This document shows positions 11,860-32,000 of a stretch of DNA of 32,000 nt, piece by piece. Each line of letters opens with the position of its first letter. Positions within the stretch are counted from its first letter, which is position 1. The position numbers were made by a program, and so were the translations under genes. The stretch is from assembly GCF_053238245.1 (NCBI RefSeq), contig NZ_CP112988.1; one strand, given 5' to 3'. The notes beneath the pieces were generated by a model. The model saw only the letters and a list, made by a program, of their open reading frames with translations. It was not told the origin of the DNA and ran no database searches.

Positions 11860-13017
11860 TTGAAACGTAGTCTGCTTTTTTCTGCCGTGCTGTGTGCGGC
11901 GTCATTGACCTCCGTCCATGCGGCGCAGCCGATCACTGAACCGGAGTTTGCCTCTGATATTGTCGATCGTTATGCCGATCATATTTTTTACGGCAGCGGT
12001 GCCACGGGGATGGCGCTGGTTGTTATCGACGGTAACCAGCGCGTCTTTCGTAGTTATGGCGAAACGCGACCTGGTAATAACGTTCGCCCGCAGCTGGATT
12101 CGGTCGTGCGTATTGCTTCCCTCACCAAACTAATGACCAGTGAAATGCTGGTGAAATTGCTCGACCAGGGGACCGTAAAGTTAAACGATCCGCTAAGTAA
12201 ATATGCTCCGCCAGGCGCACGCGTGCCGACCTACAATGGGACGCCCATTACCCTAGTGAATCTGGCAACCCATACCAGCGCCCTGCCCCGTGAACAGCCC
12301 GGTGGCGCGGCACATCGTCCGGTGTTTGTCTGGCCAACGCGCGAACAACGCTGGAAATACCTTTCTACGGCGAAGCTAAAAGCCGCGCCAGGCAGTCAGG
12401 CGGCGTACTCTAACCTTGCGTTCGACCTGCTGGCAGATGCACTGGCGAATGCGTCCGGCAAGCCTTATACCCAGTTGTTTGAAGAGCAGATTACCCGTCC
12501 ATTGGGGATGAAAGACACCACCTACACCCCCTCACCGGATCAGTGCCGCCGTTTAATGGTTGCTGAGCGCGGTGCCAGTCCGTGCAATAACACGCTGGCG
12601 GCAATTGGCAGCGGCGGCGTCTATTCCACGCCTGGCGATATGATGCGCTGGATGCAGCAGTATTTGTCATCTGATTTTTATCAGCGCAGTAACCAGGCAG
12701 ATCGCATGCAGACGTTGATTTATCAGCGCGCGCAGTTTACCAAAGTGATTGGCATGGATGTCCCCGGCAAAGCGGATGCGCTTGGTTTAGGCTGGGTATA
12801 TATGGCCCCGAAAGAGGGTCGTCCGGGGATTATTCAGAAGACAGGCGGTGGTGGCGGTTTCATTACCTATATGGCGATGATCCCGCAGAAGAATATTGGC
12901 GCGTTTGTGGTGGTCACTCGTTCGCCGTTGACGCGCTTTAAAAATATGAGCGATGGCATCAATGACCTGGTGACCGAGCTAAGCGGGAATAAACCGTTGG
13001 TTATCCCCGCATCCTGA
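11860..13017 (+). CDS. ampH: D-alanyl-D-alanine carboxypeptidase/endopeptidase AmpH (class C beta-lactamase-like PBP)
   Basis: 385 aa with a TTG start, a signal peptide ending VHA, and the SxxK motif ASLTK. Confidence 0.93.
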   Translation: MKRSLLFSAVLCAASLTSVHAAQPITEPEFASDIVDRYADHIFYGSGATGMALVVIDGNQRVFRSYGETRPGNNVRPQLDSVVRIASLTKLMTSEMLVKLLDQGTVKLNDPLSKYAPPGARVPTYNGTPITLVNLATHTSALPREQPGGAAHRPVFVWPTREQRWKYLSTAKLKAAPGSQAAYSNLAFDLLADALANASGKPYTQLFEEQITRPLGMKDTTYTPSPDQCRRLMVAERGASPCNNTLAAIGSGGVYSTPGDMMRWMQQYLSSDFYQRSNQADRMQTLIYQRAQFTKVIGMDVPGKADALGLGWVYMAPKEGRPGIIQKTGGGGGFITYMAMIPQKNIGAFVVVTRSPLTRFKNMSDGINDLVTELSGNKPLVIPAS

Positions 13018-15085
<2,068 letters not shown>

Positions 15086-15102
15086 AAATTCAATAATAAA
15101 AC

Positions 15103-15133
15103 AGCCAGTTATAAGGTAACTGGCTTTTATTTT
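15103..15133. terminator. bidirectional rho-independent terminator between the paralog 2 and secretin genes
   Basis: 9-bp stem AGCCAGTTA/TAACTGGCT with loop TAAGG, followed by TTTTATTTT and preceded by an A-run. Confidence 0.75.
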
Positions 15134-15153
15134 GATGACTATGTTTATGTGAG

Positions 15154-16521
<1,368 letters not shown>

Positions 16522-16539
16522 GATAAACCTGTCAGGCAG

Positions 16540-17530
<991 letters not shown>

Positions 17531-17537
17531 TCGTCTC

Positions 17538-17569
<32 letters not shown>

Positions 17570-17570
17570 A

Positions 17571-17604
<34 letters not shown>

Positions 17605-17605
17605 A

Positions 17606-17717
<112 letters not shown>

Positions 17718-17755
17718 AACTCATCACGTGCAGACAACATCATCAATAGCCCCTG

Positions 17756-22655
<4,900 letters not shown>

Positions 22656-22656
22656 A

Positions 22657-28835
<6,179 letters not shown>

Positions 28836-29358
28836 TTGTCATCCCTCCTCAGGGACGTAATAAGTTGATCCATCAATTATCAATGCATAGAAAACATATT
28901 ATGTTTCGCGCTAACGATTATGCTGCGTTACAGACGAATGGTTCAATTATTCTTTCCCCTAAGTCCGAATGTGGACATATATAATTTATGGAGAAAAACA
29001 CGCATCAAATTGATAAAAGGACGATATTTCAACATGTTGCAGATAATGTTATTTTTGATACATACGCGTTATAAATATCAAAAACACAAACCAGATAAAT
29101 ATCTTATCAATATACAACAAAGTTTGAATTATTCAATTTATAGCAGCACAACCAAAGGCCAAAAAATAATAACCAAGAGCTATAAATAAAGATTAAAAAT
29201 ATTTTCAGTGAATATGAAATTATTGCTATTTCTATTACAAAGATGTCCTGGTCTCTCTTTCATTCTCTTCTTGTCAACATCACGACAACTTTCGTAAAAC
29301 ACTCCTGCCCCGCTTCAGGTATACTGTGCACCTTAATTCCACAAACATCAGGCAGACC

Positions 29359-30333
29359 ATGACAGACTTAATCCAACGCCCTCGTCGCCTGCGCAAATCT
29401 CCTGCGCTGCGCGCTATGTTTGAAGAGACAACACTTAGCCTTAACGACCTGGTGTTGCCGATCTTTGTTGAAGAAGAAATTGACGACTACAAAGCCGTTG
29501 AAGCCATGCCAGGCGTGATGCGCATTCCAGAGAAACATCTGGCACGCGAAATTGAACGCATCGCCAACGCCGGTATCCGTTCCGTAATGACTTTTGGCAT
29601 CTCTCACCATACCGATGAAACCGGCAGCGACGCCTGGCGGGAAGATGGACTGGTGGCGCGTATGTCGCGCATCTGCAAGCAGACTGTGCCAGAAATGATC
29701 GTCATGTCAGACACTTGTTTCTGTGAATACACTTCTCACGGTCACTGCGGTGTGCTGTGCGAGCATGGCGTCGACAACGACGCGACTCTGGAAAATTTAG
29801 GCAAGCAAGCCGTGGTTGCAGCTGCTGCAGGCGCAGACTTCATCGCCCCTTCCGCCGCGATGGACGGCCAGGTACAGGCGATTCGTCAGGCGCTGGACGC
29901 TGCAGGCTTTAAAGATACGGCGATTATGTCGTATTCGACCAAGTTCGCCTCTTCCTTTTATGGTCCGTTCCGTGAAGCTGCCGGAAGCGCATTAAAAGGC
30001 GACCGCAAAAGCTATCAGATGAACCCAATGAACCGTCGCGAGGCGATTCGTGAATCACTGCTGGATGAAGCCCAGGGCGCAGACTGCCTGATGGTTAAAC
30101 CTGCTGGAGCATACCTCGACATCGTGCGTGAGCTGCGTGAACGTACTGAATTGCCGATTGGCGCGTATCAGGTGAGCGGTGAGTACGCGATGATTAAGTT
30201 CGCCGCGCTGGCGGGTGCTATAGATGAAGAGAAAGTCGTGCTCGAAAGCTTAGGTTCAATTAAGCGTGCGGGTGCGGATCTGATTTTCAGCTACTTTGCG
30301 CTGGATTTGGCTGAGAAGAAGATTCTGCGTTAA
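29359..30333 (+). CDS. hemB: porphobilinogen synthase (delta-aminolevulinic acid dehydratase)
   Basis: 324 aa from [18 protein letters not shown], recognisable as HemB. The track ORF has an 11-codon upstream extension. Confidence 0.95.
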
Positions 30334-30374
30334 TTTTTTTCCTCTCAGAAAGGGGGAGTTAACCTGTTGAAAGT

Positions 30375-30430
30375 ACGGTGAACGCCCCCTCACCCTAACC
30401 CTCTCCCCAAGGGGGCGAGGGAACCGTCCG
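30375..30430. repeat. GC-rich imperfect palindromic intergenic repeat (BoxC-like), probable hemB/tauD terminator
   Basis: GCCCCCTCACCCTAACCCTCTCCCCAAGGGGGCGAGGGAAC has palindromic core CCCTCTCCCC/GGGGGCGAGGG. It resembles a dispersed E. coli intergenic repeat. The family name is from memory. Confidence 0.45.
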
Positions 30431-30438
30431 CACTCGTA

Positions 30439-31290
30439 TCACCCCGCCCGATAAAACGGTTTATCCCCAAGAATCGTCGCCCGATGCATAATCCGCCGCT
30501 GTGGCAGGTAATCGGCATTGGCATAGTGCTGAGTCACGCGGTTATCCCAAATCGCAATATCATTCGGTTGCCAGCGCCAACGCACCTGAAACTCCGGTTT
30601 AGTGATATGGGCGAATAAAAAGCCTAACAAGGCTTCGCTCTCTTTCTCGCTGACATCGACAATTCGCGTAGTAAAGCCTTCATTCACAAACAGCGCCTGT
30701 TTACCGCTCACCGGATGCGTTCGCACCACCGGATGTAGCAACGGAGGATTTTTCGCGACCGCCTCGCGCCAGCGTTGATGTTCCTCCTCGGTTTTGCGGT
30801 ATTTGTATTCCGGGAACGATTTACGGAAATCATGCTCCGCACGCAGCCCGCTCAGCAGCTGGCGGAAGGGAACAGAGAGCGCCTCATAGGCCGCAATACC
30901 GCTGGTCCAGAGCGTATCACCGCCGGTCGAAGGTAACTCTTTAGCTGCCAGAATCGCCCCTGCGGGTGGCGTTTCAATAAATGTCACATCGGTATGCCAG
31001 TTGTCGTTATCCGGCGGATTATCGTTATGGGTATCCAGCACGATGATCTCGTCAACCCCTTCGGCATGAGGGTAAACAGGGTGAATATGCAGTTCGCCAA
31101 AACGCTGGGCCAGCGCGCGTTGCTGCTGCGGCGTAATAGTTTGATCGCGCAGAAACACCACCTGATGGCGCAGCACCGCATGGTAAAGCTGTTCAAACTG
31201 ATTATCGCTTAACGGGCGCGTCAGGTCGGCACCCGAAATTTGTGCGCCGATATACGGCCCCAGCGGGGTAATGCTCAGACGTTCACTCAT
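30439..31290 (-). CDS. tauD: taurine dioxygenase (alpha-ketoglutarate dependent)
   Basis: 283 aa, [20 protein letters not shown], with the HxD motif in WHTDVTF. Confidence 0.95.
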   Translation of the reverse strand: MSERLSITPLGPYIGAQISGADLTRPLSDNQFEQLYHAVLRHQVVFLRDQTITPQQQRALAQRFGELHIHPVYPHAEGVDEIIVLDTHNDNPPDNDNWHTDVTFIETPPAGAILAAKELPSTGGDTLWTSGIAAYEALSVPFRQLLSGLRAEHDFRKSFPEYKYRKTEEEHQRWREAVAKNPPLLHPVVRTHPVSGKQALFVNEGFTTRIVDVSEKESEALLGFLFAHITKPEFQVRWRWQPNDIAIWDNRVTQHYANADYLPQRRIMHRATILGDKPFYRAG

Positions 31291-32000
31291 TGTACTTCTC
31301 CATGCCAGGGCGTCAGACGGCGCTGTAACGCGCGCAAACCTAGTTCTAAAAGAAAGGCGATAATCGCAATCACCGCGATTCCCGCCAGCACCACGTCAGT
31401 CGCGAGAAATTCACCCGCTGACTGAACCATAAATCCTAAACCGCGCGTCGCGGCAATCAGCTCCGCCGCTACCAGCGTAGACCAGCCCACACCCAGACCA
31501 ATGCGTAATCCGGTGAGGATTTCCGGCAGCGCGCCGGGCAAAATGACAAACCACAGCACCTGCGCACGGCTGGCACCCAGCGACTGGGCGGCACGAATGC
31601 GAACCTGCTGCGCGCTTTTCACCCCCGCCAGCGCCGACATCGCCACCGGTGCAAAAATCGCTAAATAGATCAGTAAGATCTTCGAGGTTTCACCAATACC
31701 AAACCAGATCACCATCAGCGGCAAATAAGCCAGCGGCGGCACGGGACGATAAAGTTCGATTACCGGATCCAGAATGCCGCGCACCGTCGGGCTTAGCCCC
31801 ATGGCGATCCCGACCGGAATACCGATCACCACCGCCGCGAGTAGCGCCAGCACAATGCGCGTCAGGCTGGCTGCCAGATGCTGCCACAGCGTGGCGTCCA
31901 TAAATCCCTGCGGTCCGGCAATGGTGAGCAGTTTTGCCAGTACTTGTTGCGGCGGCGGCAAAAACAGCGGGCTAATCAGTTGCAGCGCCGCCACCGTCCA
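31287..32000 (-). CDS. tauC: taurine ABC transporter permease (partial, 5' end outside window)
   Basis: Polytopic ORF whose stop overlaps the tauD start (ATGA-type coupling). The frame is open to the window edge. Confidence 0.9.
   Translation of the reverse strand, partial: WTVAALQLISPLFLPPPQQVLAKLLTIAGPQGFMDATLWQHLAASLTRIVLALLAAVVIGIPVGIAMGLSPTVRGILDPVIELYRPVPPLAYLPLMVIWFGIGETSKILLIYLAIFAPVAMSALAGVKSAQQVRIRAAQSLGASRAQVLWFVILPGALPEILTGLRIGLGVGWSTLVAAELIAATRGLGFMVQSAGEFLATDVVLAGIAVIAIIAFLLELGLRALQRRLTPWHGEVQ

Overview
This window is an Escherichia coli chromosomal segment in K-12 gene order, reversed: aroM-yaiA-aroL-yaiI-proC-dgcC(adrA)-psiF-phoA-iraP-ddlA-yaiZ-yaiY-yaiW-sbmA-ampH-yaiV-[yaiT 3' part] ... 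[yaiT 5' part]-hemB-tauD-tauC. Gene names come from my memory of the K-12 proteins and from synteny; no search was run. The one accessory region is a 12.1 kb insertion (14109..26210) that splits the autotransporter gene yaiT. Removing it together with one copy of a flanking AG (CT on the gene strand) dinucleotide rejoins yaiT in frame. The insertion is a compact filamentous (Ff/inovirus-like) prophage, almost entirely on the minus strand. Its gene order is: IS110-family DEDD recombinase, rolling-circle Rep (P2 gpA-like motifs), putative ssDNA-binding protein, two small membrane proteins, major coat, Gly-rich pIII-like adsorption protein, pVI-like, pI/Zot ATPase, TraX-like acyltransferase, a 339-bp x ~2.9 tandem repeat, and a pIV secretin. 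An AT-rich plus-strand module with two paralogous small secreted Lys/Glu/Ala-rich proteins follows. Four signals stand out. (1) The recombinase is part of the phage operon, and its 179-nt leader runs exactly to the element end, which is the layout of an IS110/IS621-type bridge-RNA recombinase with a whole phage genome as cargo. (2) Each tandem repeat unit carries a stretch closely resembling the ColE1/pBR322 primosome assembly site, oriented as expected for a complementary-strand origin on the packaged strand. (3) A TraX-like gene sits in the morphogenesis block, and the coat protein has an F-propilin-like long leader ending AMA. (4) The secreted-protein module is duplicated. I saw no HTH repressor, tRNA, rRNA or CRISPR array.
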